This document shows, piece after piece, positions 14,301-25,144 of a stretch of 54,974 nucleotides of DNA; positions within the stretch are counted from its first letter, which is position 1, and every line of letters starts with the position of its first letter. The stretch comes from Octopus bimaculoides (lineage: Eukaryota), in contig NC_068994.1 of NCBI RefSeq assembly GCF_001194135.2, forward strand, positions 19,654,107 through 19,709,080, given 5' to 3'. The notes below the pieces were generated by a model. It was not told the DNA's origin and did no database searches. It was given only the letters and a program-made list of their open reading frames with translations. The position numbers were made by a program, and so were the translations under genes.

Positions 14301-14642
14301 AATATCTTTACGATGACTGTCTCTGTTGCTGGAACTATGACGGACCATGTCAGTTGAAAGGGTTGATAAAAAGTCTGATTTTGGTGGGGGGTAACAGTGT
14401 AAATATGATGCTGTCTGACCACGATGAAGGGGCACTGTTGAGGGGGCGGAATGATGTGGAGCAGGTTCTTCATTGGTCTCCAGAGTAACTGGCAGTTCTG
14501 AGAGCCTTAACTGTGACAACTGATAATTTCCAGGATCATTAATTCTACTCGATGTACCTTGTGGCCGGCTACAACTTGGCTCTATATCGATGTTTCTCAT
14601 AATTCTCTGTTTTTTGTCTTCAACAGAAAATAAACTAGACAT
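11367..14642 (-). CDS. C2H2 zinc-finger transcription factor, ~1091 aa, long low-complexity N-terminus plus C-terminal array of 12 fingers, in one coding exon
   Basis: Uninterrupted 3.3-kb ORF. First ATG at 14642 (MSSLFSVEDKK, G at -3), 7 nt downstream of a good splice acceptor. TGA at 11369-11367. Repeated CxxC-x12-HxxxH units with TGEKP-like linkers (TGEKPH, SGERPY, LDEKPF). The ORF-track start at 14714 is a GTG that is probably intronic. Confidence 0.92.
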   Translation of the reverse strand: MSSLFSVEDKKQRIMRNIDIEPSCSRPQGTSSRINDPGNYQLSQLRLSELPVTLETNEEPAPHHSAPSTVPLHRGQTASYLHCYPPPKSDFLSTLSTDMVRHSSSNRDSHRKDIGQSKSSYSIYENSDSSKEWKRKPVSLPSTSHVDPCSMPIPTSMGTNKNSHHHGDFNSDSLTPLEVRKKMPDGSGPSDICHRQCISDIPFKKRLANRSVDIGIVQNPVDVALIEQGLENQINIGIVENPVNIGILKNPNSIENLDNYMEPLNKVCVENDRSKPVCCNELVSKWLKSHPARINNSSSVKYSRDIPTTLPNKMAGSLENQKVHMKHISIPQNCHSSLNKYDKPGCSGFLEREDHQMGMKDQAGNGNDFRKATRPEAASVCSTSKSDCVDSLRMREMDVSHSHNTASFPNGFEHRLNKYNNSSSNSTYNLKICHSNNSSSSNTSENNYNFSRVDMYPINIIKLDDFKGVSDFLRTLNEEPNKKKKTGNIGNAIPIESSSNNNCNGCGASSSSSSSNNSSSVGPSTSDATPNSNTGALVAPGPSSRFANVLNLSFNENLDSFSKTGNSECAASSGVGNGSSSSDSNLTASERSVDCVVNLSQNITDNCNNGAKTVMSIDRPSGSGTSSGSIISSTSNVHPSSSSSSSSHKAVIVNVPNLSADSGMRPAVDSNQKGHGEQLPNPGEKDLEMEFYESVLELENEYSATNVLDNNVAVTSTPSLSNGTSVDSSTTTVSVDTVNNVSASSTPEGTNSDIKCRLCRKTFKYESNLQSHMSAHKRRKCFKCEQCTKTFTFLSDYYQHTLLHHSGLTLYTCDYCQEQFLSTSELESHRVTHDGKRPYQCRYCEKNYIRKGDLKKHLRVHSGERPYQCELCGKSFSAGSGQLAKHLRIHLDEKPFSCNYCNKTFTDKANADKHMMFHVGEKLFKCTLCSKAFMQKCDLLRHIRTHTGEKPHTCEYCGKAFSDQSAFSKHRRIHTGEGMLKCTHCDKTFNNPYNRTRHMRLHTRERAFPCDLCDKIFTCNYSVKMHRRIHTGEKPHKCDYCFKTFISSSNLNKHLKTHHPVKAVKYECCGTMYADPAALDEHFKSHGAKQS
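11380..12380 (-). other. Tandem C2H2 finger array (ZF1-ZF12)
   Basis: Counted from the translation: CRLC..HMSAH, CEQC..HTLLH, CDYC..HRVTH, CRYC..HLRVH, CELC..HLRIH, CNYC..HMMFH, CTLC..HIRTH, CEYC..HRRIH, CTHC..HMRLH, CDLC..HRRIH, CDYC..HLKTH, then atypical ECCG..HFKSH. Confidence 0.92.
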
Positions 14643-14649
14643 TTCCAAT

Positions 14650-14680
14650 CTGTACTCAGAGAGTGTGAAGAAAAAGGATG
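14650..14680 (-). other. Probable 3' splice acceptor of the ZNF coding exon (exon starts 14649)
   Basis: Minus strand reads catcctttttcttcacactctctgagtacAG|attggaaATG: pyrimidine tract, CAG, then ATG 7 nt downstream. An in-frame TAG at 14744-14742 closes the frame upstream. Confidence 0.6.
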
Positions 14681-16510
14681 GAATATCTAAGAACGTATGT
14701 ATTTGATAAATCACACAGGACTTGAAAGCATGAAAATGCGTCTAAAGTTTTACTCTGAGTATATTAGTAGAGTAACTTTCCACTTTGTGAGTACAGTAAG
14801 TAAAGGCATGAGTTGAGTAATATATGGAATAGGTGCCAAAAATGGAGAAGTAGGTGTGTACAGAGAACAGATAGCAGCTGAAGTCAAGATATGGCTTAGA
14901 TATATCAGAAATTACTTCTTAACAGGCTAGCAACCATATCAAAGGACTATACCATAGTTGAGAAGAATGGTTAACTGGTATTCTGTTGTTAGAACAGGCA
15001 GTGGATACTCTTCAAGGAAAGACTCTAACAGGGTATGAAATATCAGCATTTGTTCGATATACACCCATATGGTCAGAAACGGGAATCTGAAATGAATTTC
15101 AAAGAAGAAAAATTAATATCAAATAAAAATGAAAAACTACATTTATAAATTTTAAATAAAAACCAACATTTGAGGTTCAAATTAGAAAATTTTGATGGGT
15201 GAAAAATCCTCAGGTAGGCTTGATATTCTTTTTTCAAAAAATTCTCTAATTCAGTCAAGAATTAAGATATAAAACACATCACACTGATCAGTGATGAGTC
15301 TTTCAAAAAGTTAAAGCCTCATTAGCAAGCTTAGATTTACATTCTCCTTATCTATTTGTCCTTCAATGAAGGCAGAGAGGTTCTGAGCTTAAAATACTGA
15401 ACACAGAATGATTAAATTCAAAACTTGTAGGCATTGTTCCATGTATTTGAGTTCGCTACATTATTTCAACCAGTTACAGAATATTTATCTGAACAACAGT
15501 GGTCATCTGAAGTAAATGCCTGTGTATGCAGTTTATTTTAAATGTTGAGTGACTGGTGCATACAAAAGGTAAGCAAATGATACTTTATAAGTCTTAAGTT
15601 ACTGACATATAAAAGTTAACAAGAATTGAAAATCATTTCAACTGTAGTGGTTGTTTGATTATATTGAGTTAACTGTGTTAGATAAAATAGCTTCCTAAAT
15701 TTGTGCATACCAATATTTGCTTTATCTTTTGCTAGCTTCTACACTTGTGCATAGGAAACAACTGACTGAAACATTACAGTAATTGTAATAGTAAAAGCTG
15801 TTGTTCCAATTCAGAGCAACAAGGAAAACATTTTTGACAACAGAATCACTTGGAAATTTTCGATTTTATTTACTCTATGTCACCATCCCACATATAAGTT
15901 TACTTTACTGGCAACAGGATATACAGTTGAAATATGCTGTAGCCATTATGAGAGAGATTCTCAGAGTGCAAAAATGTGGTCAACCTACATTTTTATGCAC
16001 TAGTTTCATTGATCTCATTCACCTTGTCTACGTAGTTTTTGCAATACAGGGACACTACCTGAAATAACAAATATTTCCAGTGGGAGAGAATTGTAGCTGA
16101 GTCAGAAGAGTGGAAGAAAGTGAGATACATAGTATCTCATCACCACCATTGAGTTACATCCTGAAGGAGGGGAAAAACCAACAGCAAAACAAAACGATTA
16201 TTAACTTGGTTCACTTCACTGTAAATCAGAAGAATAAGGATGTACAGCTAGCCACTGTAGGCAAAGGAAGGAGGCAATTGTTTTATTAGCTTATAATGCT
16301 AGGCTTAAATATTCCATGAGTGGCTGAAGAGAAGTTGGAAAAATGTAGTAGTATCAACACTACTCATACATTTTGCTATGTGAACAATTAAATCATCATC
16401 CATATGTAATTAAATGAAAATCATCACAAAATATATTAATATAAATATTATACTGAAGAGTTTTAACAATATGTTGCCTGTTAATCAACTTATTTTCTCT
16501 TGGATGTAGT

Positions 16511-16550
<40 letters not shown>

Positions 16551-16560
16551 NNNNNNNNNN

Positions 16561-16601
<41 letters not shown>

Positions 16602-17249
16602 AGAAAGAGATATATTCCTAGATTTGTTGTTGAAGGACTCCAGTCAAATCTGAGAGAAATATCGTAACATGAGTTACTTATTAAATGAGTCAAAAAATGA
16701 TTAGATATCTAATCTTCAAAATGACTTGTCATTTAAAACTCACTGAAGCTATTTTTAGAAAGTCCCATAATGATCAGGCACCATCACATACTGTGTTTTT
16801 CTTCAGGGCCATAAGGTACTTCAACTGAGTAGTTTGTAAGTCGTTATAAGTGAAAATTTTCTATAAACTTTAAGAGATTGTGAGCCAAAGGAAGTCTTTG
16901 TGTTATTAGCAGCCTAATGACGGCTTCCAAAGTGACAGGTATGAAGTATAAATGAAACGAAACGGCTCAAATTAAGATTAAAGTCTGTACTAGACTAGAC
17001 TTGTCTGAAGTGAACTACAAATTTGTACTTGTATGTAAAACCTATATAAAACCCTAATAAAATACAGTTCTCTTGCACTCTCTCTCTCATTTACTTCCGA
17101 GTAAAAGCTATCTGCCTAGCAAACACAATTTTACTAAAGTAAAGCTATTATATGACACATCTACAAAAGTAAAACTATTATACGATACATCAATCAGTTT
17201 TGATGATGAGCAATCATCTGTACAAACAACTGAACTACCTACTAGTTAA

Positions 17250-17610
17250 ATTAAGATACAAGTGGCCAAGCAGAATCTGTTCTGCTCTACAGCTCTGAAT
17301 GCTGGTCTTTTGTGATAACTCAACAGCAAGCACTAGATGGCTTATACACCTGACTTCTACACAAGGCTTTTAAAATCTCTTATGCCAATCATATATCAAA
17401 CAAGTTATTATATGGATCTTTCCCCCAGACAATTAAAGATGGCTAAAATTCATATGCCAGTGTTTTCATTGAACAGATCAACCTGTCACTGCACATTTTC
17501 TTTATAACCTTGTGAGGACATTGAAGACTGGTGGCCAGGTCCACAGGTCGAATGTCTGTGAACTTATGTGGAATACAGGACTGTCCACCATTCATGAGTG
17601 ATATGGCATA
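17250..17610 (+). mobile_element. RTE-clade LINE, degraded 3' RT/thumb fragment
   Basis: Translates AESVLLYSSECWSFVITQQQALDGLYT*LLHKAFKISYANHISNKLLYGSFP, matching the RTE pattern ESVLLYGxExW...LDGxYTRxLRxxLxISWxxHxTNxxLYG. Confidence 0.7.
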
Positions 17611-17629
17611 TATTAATAAGAAGAAAAGT

Positions 17630-18400
17630 ATTTCAGAGACATATTTTTAACACAGACTGAAGTGACTGCTTCATGCTGTTTACTTTGAAAGTTGTGAAAT
17701 TTATGTTTTCGTAATCACGTGTATGCTGTAATCTGCGATTTTTGTCATGGACAGGAAGTTGGAACAATGTACCAATGTAACATTTTGTGTTAAACTTGGG
17801 AAGTCTGCTACAGAGACACTGAACAAGGTTCAAAGATGAAGCAGCAGTCATCACAATGGAAGAGCCCTTCATCTCCATGGCTGAAAAAGGCATGACAGAG
17901 TTGCTACTCAATCAAGAACATGCTCATTGTTTTTTGTTTTTTTTTTTGACACCAGTGGTATTGTGCATCAAGAATTCATCCTCCAGGACCAGACAGTCAA
18001 TCAAGAGTTCTACTGTAACATTTTGAAGTGTTTGAGGGAGGACATTTGGTGAAAGCGACCGGATCTGTGGAGCATGAAGAATTGGATTCTTCATGATGAC
18101 AATGCACCATGTCACCCTCACAAGTGTCTTGCCAAAACCAACATGGTATTACTTCTGCACCCACCCTATTCACCAGATTTAGCACCTGTGGACTTCCATC
18201 TCTTCCCCCAAGATGAAAATGCAGCTCAAAGATTGCATTTTAACACTATTGTCAAGATTAAGAGCACATTACAGAAGGTCCTTGACTCACCAGATTCCAA
18301 AAGTAGCACAAACGCTGGGACAGATGTATTGCTGCACAAGGTGACTATTTTCAAAGGAGATGATGTTAAAACTTAGGTAACTAAGTTTAGTAACCTATTT
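17630..18400 (+). mobile_element. Internally deleted, frameshifted mariner (DD34D-type) transposase relic
   Basis: MDRKLEQCTNVTFCVKLGKSATETLNKV from 17747, then QQSSQWKSPSSP, GIVHQEFILQDQTVNQEFYCNILKCLRE, WILHDDNAPCH, HPPYSPDLAPVDFHLFP, KRWDRCIAAQGDYFKG. Most of the HTH and the first D are missing. The second-to-third D spacing is 30, i.e. a 4-aa loss. TIRs were not recognised. Confidence 0.92.
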
Positions 18401-18616
18401 GAAAAATAGTTCAAGCCTTTAAATCTCCAAAAAGGGTCTATGAAGTCTATAAATGATTGGGAGGGGAGGGAAAGGGCAACCAACTGATACTGCTCCCCTT
18501 CTTCCTCATCAGCAGAAGAAATAAAATTGAAATAATGCACACAGCTATAACTATGGAACATGAACCACAAGGTTATGAGGAAAGATGGCAATGAATTGCT
18601 TATCATGGTAATAAGT

Positions 18617-19003
18617 GGAGGCGCAATGGCCCAGTGGTTAGGGCAGCAGACTCGCGGTCGTAGGATCGCGGTTTCGATTCCCAGACCAGGCGTTGAGAGT
18701 GTTTATTGAGCGAAAACACCTAAAGCTCCACGAGGCTCCGGCAGGGGATGGTGGCGAACCCTGCTGTACTCTTCCACCACAACTTTCTCTCACTATTACT
18801 TCCTGTTTCTGTTGTGCCTGTAATTCAAAGGGTCAGCCTTGTCACACTGTGTCACGCTGAATATCCCCGAGAACTACGTTAAGGGTGCATGTGTCTGTAG
18901 AGTGCGCAGCCACTTGCTCGTTAATTTCACGAGCAGGCTGTTCCGTTGATCGGATCAACTGGAACCCTCGACGTCGTAAGCGACGGAGTGCCACAAACAT
19001 CAA
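18617..19003 (+). mobile_element. Full-length young tRNA-derived SINE with probable 13-bp TSD
   Basis: A box TGGCCCAGTGG and B box GGTTTCGATTCCC. Many intact CpGs. Flanked by CATGGTAATAAGT (18604-18616) and CATGGTTATAAAT (19004-19016). Confidence 0.88.
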
Positions 19004-20971
19004 CATGGTTATAAATATATGCAATGGTGGGTATCAAAAGTAAATCTACACATTTTTAATAATGAAAGAAGGCAATGCAGGGAAAATATCTAATCAGCAC
19101 AATACCAGACTAAATTATTACAGCATTTAGTTTTAAATTCACTTTAGGATTCCAAGTTCAGGTTCTAATAAAGCTGAACTTCATTACAACTCTTTGAGAG
19201 TAGAAAAACAATACTAGCTGATATAATTAAGGATCAAATGCAGTTAGTTATTCCCACTACACAAAATATTTAACAAAAACCTATATAAAAATCAATACCA
19301 GGGAACTTATATGTAGTCACTCAACGTGCTAGACATAACAGCCAAGTTTCCTTCAAATTGTGCTCTATCAACTTGAAAATGGACACATTGGGTAATATAG
19401 TCCTTGACATGCAACACCTAACAACGAGATGATCATGTCTAGAATGTTTTTTAACATAAATCTGCTCCGTCATAGTTGATTTGGGGCTAAACATGAGCAA
19501 TGATAAGATAAGTAAAACCTAGAGCCAAACAAATAATTTTTTTTTTTTTAGGTTGTTCAAAATGAATCTTGCAGTGGTGTTAAAGATCAACAAAACATCA
19601 TGCCTATATTACTGTGTAATACCAATCAACTCTACTGGAATAGACATAGTACTTGGATCATAACATAACATTGTGTTGATAACTCCTGTCTGCTGGCGGG
19701 CTGTCCTTATTGTGGATCATATAGTCCTAGGAATATGCACTTGAAATACAGAGTCACTATTTTCAAGATATTCGGGACTTTATCAACAGATTTGTCCTAT
19801 AAATCAAACAAGTTGAGTCATGATGCAGAAGCTTCACTGGAGTATTGCTTTTATTTTTAGTTTGTTAGTCTAGTAGGTACTAACTGTCAGTTGACTAAGT
19901 CAGTCTGCAACTTGGTAGCAAGAATTTGGCAAGTACTGCTGCATCTAAGTCTCCATTTTTGACAAGAACTGCCACAGTTACATGTCCATGGGAAGGGCAT
20001 GAACACGATAATTTTTCTCTTAAGAAAAGATGTTTATAGTGGCCAAAAGTACACTGAGAGTCATAAATAAAGTTTGGATAGTAAAGTGTTGTTTTAGAAA
20101 ATGAGTTTTTGCAAAACTGTACCATTGCCTGTCAGTTTGAAGAGGGAAGTTTACAGATCTATTTGGGGAGTTACTCAAATCTATTTAAAAATTCCTCTGA
20201 AGCTGAGGATAAAAACAAAAACAAAAACAAAAACAAAATTTGACTTACTAAATACCTTTATTTATTTATTTATTTTATCTTTTTTTTTTTTTTGCTTTTC
20301 CCCTATTGGTCTCTGATTTATATGAAGGACTGAGAGGAGACTTTCCAAAAGATCTCAGCAACATAAGTGAAATAATTTTAGTTGAGAATTGAAACCATAT
20401 TTTTGACAACATGCAGAAAACTTACTCCTAAGCTACAGCACTTCTATCATAAGATTATTTCATTTATGTTACTAATACTTTTGGAAAAGTCTTCTCTCAG
20501 CTCATCAGGTAAGTTAGAGAATAGGGAACAAGCTATGAAAAAACAAAAATGTATTTGGTCAGTTGCTGGGGTTTTCAAATAGTAATAACACAGTCCGGCA
20601 AAAACACATTTTTCAAAACAACGCTTTAACCCAAATTTTATCTATTATTCAATACATCAATTACGTCTGGCCATATAAATATATTTTCCTACAACAGCCA
20701 ACTTATTGTATTGCACACCCCCACACACTGTTTTGAAATGTTAACTGATGTTACGTAACAACTTGAAACATATGTAGTAAATGCTTTCAAAATAGCAACG
20801 CTTGGTCATGTGATTTTTCTAATACACAACTTGTCTTTATAACAATCTAGCTTATCCTTATGCAGATACTAAGGTTATAATACAACCAGGATATAGAAGT
20901 GGAATGTGAAATTGAACACTGAGTTGAAACGTCTGGTAAAGTGTACAGTATCAAAGCATACCATTGTAATG

Positions 20972-21002
<31 letters not shown>

Positions 21003-21049
21003 AATAGTATGATATTGTATTTGTGTGTATATGTGTGTGTGTGTGTGTG

Positions 21050-21515
21050 TACCCATGCATTTCTGTGTGGTAAAGAAGTTTGCTTCTTGGTTTGGGGTTC
21101 AGTCCCACTGTATAGCAACTTATGTTAGTATCTTCTAGGATAGCCTTGAGCTGATCAAAACCTTATGAGTAAGATATGGTAAATGGAAACTGAAAGGAAT
21201 CTGTCGTGTGTGAGTATTTGTGTGAATGAGAGTGGGTTGGTATTTTTTATGTCTATACATGTCTTTGTTTGCTTGATCAGTAAACAATGGCTTGATTATC
21301 AGTGTCATTTGCTTGCAGTCTACTACAAAAGCATGTCCAAGCTGTTTGTTGTTTGATAGACTGGGAGATTATTACCCAACCTGGAAACGGATGTAAGTTG
21401 GTAAAATGAGGTGCATCCAGTCATAGAAAGCTCTTTCGCAACAAACTCCCATCTAACCCATACAAACATGATAAAACAGACGTTAAAACAATGACAATGA
21501 TGAGATGATGATGAC
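21050..21515 (+). mobile_element. Degraded S1-type SINE head followed by an RTE-type tail
   Basis: GTGTGGTAAAGAAGTTTGC..GGGGTTCAGTCCCACTG..ATGGAAACTGAAAG. Ends CAGACGTTAAAACAATGACAATGATGAGATGATGATG. Confidence 0.6.
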
Positions 21516-21559
21516 ATATATTTTCAAAAGCTTCACAATATTCTGTCAACTGTACTACT

Positions 21560-21738
21560 TATTTACTTATATTGTTTAGACTTAATCAAGCATTATCTCA
21601 CAGCTTCATGATTTCAAAGACGTGATTGTTTCTTTTTAGAATGACATTGTAAGGTAGGTGTGAGAGGCCAGATCTGGATGGTTTGGAACATTAAAGCAAG
21701 TAGAATGGCTGGATATGGCTGATTTAAATGCTAAAGAG
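21560..21738 (+). mobile_element. piggyBac-type MITE family A, 5'-truncated
   Basis: GAATGACATTGTAAGGTAGGTGTGAGAGGCCAGATCTGG...AAATGCTAAAGAG aligns by eye to the 25145 copy. Confidence 0.65.
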
Positions 21739-22282
21739 CGAAGTGATTGAGTCAGATTAGGAAACTTTGAATCATAGAGAATGCACTCAAAGATTTTGTA
21801 TTTGAGAACAGCATCGGCTCATCAATTCCACAAGCAAACTTGTAGACTTGAATTAAACAGAGCAAGCTATTGAAACACTAGTAAATCATCCAATGCTCTC
21901 GTTGCTTATGACAGTGAGTATTATCACCTATAGTACTATCTGATTTAGAAAGCCATTAACCTCACTGTTGTACACAAAATGAATTAATCAGAAAACTGTT
22001 GAGGCCAAGTGTATACATAAAACTCTATTCTACTTCTTTCTTACACTACTAATGTAGGTTATCTATTTTTATCTTCAATATTAATTGTTTTGATCTCTCT
22101 CAAAACTGAACTTGTATGTATGCATCATGCATATATAAATGAATTTTATTCTATTTTATTTGCAATCAGGCAAACTTTGGCATATGGTATTGAAGGGTTT
22201 TGGTCATGGATTCAGTCCACTGTGAATCCTTAGGTATATGGCTTGATATTAAATGCCTCATCCAGCTGTAGCTCTTTATTAA

Positions 22283-22513
22283 CTCTTTTGATAAGCAACA
22301 TGTCTGAGAATGTCCCTGGCTCTATAGTGCAAACGTCAAACATCATGTTTTCAAAAGTTCTGAACTAAAAACTTCCATCAAAGCTTAGTGATAATTTATG
22401 TTACAAACATCAGCTTAATAAATAACAAAGTTATTTTACTAAATTCTACATGATATTTAAAACTAATTGAAGTAAGGACAGAGTGTCTCAACAGAAATAT
22501 ATTAACAAAAGGG
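22283..22513. mobile_element. piggyBac-type MITE family B
   Basis: TTAA|CTCTTTTG ... CAAAAGGG|TTAC termini. The body is unrelated to family A. Confidence 0.55.
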
Positions 22514-22687
22514 TTACACTTAAAAAAAAAACCCTGAGAAGAACAATCAGACACAAGATATTTTAAGCATTATAATTAAGAGGTTTGGCTGAAGATTTCA
22601 AAGTAAGAAGTAGGGAATTAGAATAGAGACGAAAACTTGTGAGAATGAATAATTGGCGCTGGTTAAATGAAATTTTTGTACACTTAC

Positions 22688-22770
22688 TTCAAATTATCTG
22701 TAATTCCCCAAGGAAGATCAGCAACGGAATTTCTTCTTCATTGTTTCAAGTAAAATCACAACGGCAGAAC
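22688..22770 (-). other. Candidate 83-nt non-coding (5'UTR) exon, probably of the ZNF gene
   Basis: Minus strand: tttatttatttatttctAG|GTTCTGCC...ATAATTTGAA|GTAAGTG. Consensus acceptor and donor, GC-richer than the flanks, stops in all three frames, small uORF MKKKFRC*. Confidence 0.5.
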
Positions 22771-23771
22771 CTAGAAATAAATAAATAAATAATGATAATA
22801 ATAATAATAAATACAGTGCATAGAAGTGACAAACTTCTCTAAGTTTACAGATTCACATGCAAAGTAGTAGACATTCAAATAAATACAATAGATTTATAAG
22901 TGAACCATTTTGTCCTCTGATATTTGAGTGCCCTTAAAAGAGTAATAATAAAGAGGTCACACTGTTGAACTATTCAGAAGGAGCAAAGAATTAGCTGAGT
23001 TCTTAGTAAGCACACATACCAAGTAATTCTGCCTCATTTCTTTACGATAAGTAAGCTAAATATAAACAACAAAAGTATTTTCTTATTGGTATATATGTTC
23101 ACTGAAATACTAAGTTATGGGAACGACAAACTAAAGTTTGATTAATCAGATTCTACAGAAGGATGTGAGTAAATTCTGATGACGGACATGTTAGAAGACT
23201 ATCTACATAATAGATGTAGTAGAAACAAGTAATCATTGACTACATCTATTGTATTAAATTGAACTTCAATGCAATAGAACAAAAATTTTCTTTCAGGGAA
23301 AGCTAACACAGGTAATGGGGTGAGTGGAGAAATATAAATAAGATAAATGAGGTTACATTGGTATGAGGATATATATACATAAATATATAGATATATATAT
23401 ATATATAACATAAAGGAGATGTAAGTCAAGACAATCTTATCTACATCTCTTGGAGAATATCCACTGTGAGAAATGTAAATGACCGGATGAATAAGGGCAT
23501 GATTTAGGAAAAGGTTTTAATGCAAAATGATTCTACAGACATACACAGGGTTTTAAATCTATAGAAAACACAAAAATGAGAACGTGGGATATTCTCAACC
23601 AGCTTAGAAATATTACTGATACAAGTGAAGAAGCTACAGAAATAAAACCTTGGGCATTTGGAAATTGGCTCCAGTCATTGGGGTGAGGGCAGGGGNNNNN
23701 NNNNNNNNNNNNNNNNNNNNNGGGGGGGGGGGTTGAGGGAGGGAAAATCCAGCTAATAATAGTTTCAAATA

Positions 23772-23888
23772 TTGGCACAAGGCTAGCAATCAGATTTCAG
23801 GAGATGGGTAGGTCAATTATATTGACCCCACCAGTGCTCAACTGATACTTATTTTATCAACCAAGAAAGGCAAAGCTGACCTCAGTGG
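23772..23888 (-). mobile_element. S2 SINE fragment (other decayed fragments at ~3310-3435 and ~4860-4925)
   Basis: GGCACAAGGC..ATTGACCCCA..CTGATACTTATTTTATCAACC..GAAAGGCAAAGCTGACCTC. CpG positions have decayed relative to the 34.8-kb copy. Confidence 0.6.
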
Positions 23889-24168
23889 TAAAGGAGCTAA
23901 TAATGAAGCCTCTAATCAGTCGCTCAAGCTGACAGAAATCTCTCAGATCACACCCTAACATCTTAAAAACATTAAGACTTAGTTTTAAATACACCATCCC
24001 TGCTTAGTTAGTGGAAGGATGTGATGTCATGACTGGAATGAAGGTGTGTCTGTTCAGAAAAGGGCTGGCCTGGGTTAAACAACAGCTGAGAAAAAAAAGT
24101 GAATAATTTATAATTCATACAAAGTAAATGGGGAAAAAGATTTTTTTTTTAAAGTTATTTTTTTTTAA

Positions 24169-24447
24169 CCCTTTAGGATTTAAGCCAGCCATATCTGGCC
24201 AAAATATTCTACATGTTTTATGTTCAAAGTGGCCAGATCCAACCTCTCACACCTAACCCACAATTTCATTCTAAAAGTAAACAATCATATATCACCAACA
24301 TCTTGAAGCTATGAGATAATGCATGCTTAATTCAAAACAATGTGAATAAATAAGCATAACACCTCATGAAATAAACATCATCATCGTTTAACGTCCGCTT
24401 TCCATGCTAGCATGGGTTGGACGATTTGACTGCTGAATGTTAAAAGG
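24169..24447 (-). mobile_element. piggyBac-type MITE family A, with a nested 56-bp SINE 3' tail (24376-24431)
   Basis: TTAA|CCCTTT ... AAAAGG|TTAA. The body is the reverse complement of the 25145 copy. Orientation labels are relative. Confidence 0.75.
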
Positions 24448-25144
24448 TTAAATCTACAATATGCAATAAATAATATAATCACTTCTCACAATTTATAATA
24501 AATAAAAAGTTGCCACAGATGGAAAGAAAAACAAAGTATATCCAATAGAAGTAATTTCAACACACACAATTAACTGATAAAATTAAGATATTGTAGCATG
24601 GTTTGACCATTTATTATACTTTGAATGATTAAGTAGGACATTTATAAAATGAAAAGGATAGACATCAGGAGAAAATTGTTAAGTTCAAATTCATCTCTAA
24701 TTGAGAACACATATGAACATGGGAGTGTTTCAGTTGTGACCATCCTATCTTTTTATATATGACGAACTATAATCATTCATCGTACATTTATTTGAGATGG
24801 TAAGATGTGATTTGAGGAAGATTTGTTTAATATTTCTAGCAAAAATCAAACAACTGCATAGAAGCTACTTTTTTTTTTATCATTGGAGAGTAAAGAGAAA
24901 GCAAAGCCTAATGGTTAAAAAACAATTTAAAGAATTCTTGCTTAGAGATATGATAGAGATTTCTTGAGCTTTATGACATCCTTACCTAGTAATGCAGTGA
25001 AGTGTGAAAAAGATGATCTTAAATGTCTTCAATGAAATAAATAGGTTTTGATATATGAGCCCAACACAAAATGGGGAAAAAAAATTAATCATTATTGGTC
25101 TTTTTCTTACTGTATATTTTATTGCCTTCCGTTTTTTTTTTTAA

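Noticed and set aside
14643-14714. N-terminal extension MIYQIHTFLDIPSFFFTLSEYRLE in the ORF track
   Set aside because: It starts at GTG and encodes the polypyrimidine tract of the probable acceptor, so it is likely intronic.
14780-15030. Possible RTE remnant (LRRMVNWYSVVR)
   Set aside because: Similarity is too weak to support without a search.
18617-18690. tRNA gene
   Set aside because: It has A and B boxes but no complete cloverleaf, and it continues into a SINE body with a TSD.
23680-23745. G-quadruplex-like G runs
   Set aside because: Interrupted by a gap, so the true sequence is unknown; it mainly explains the sequencing dropout.
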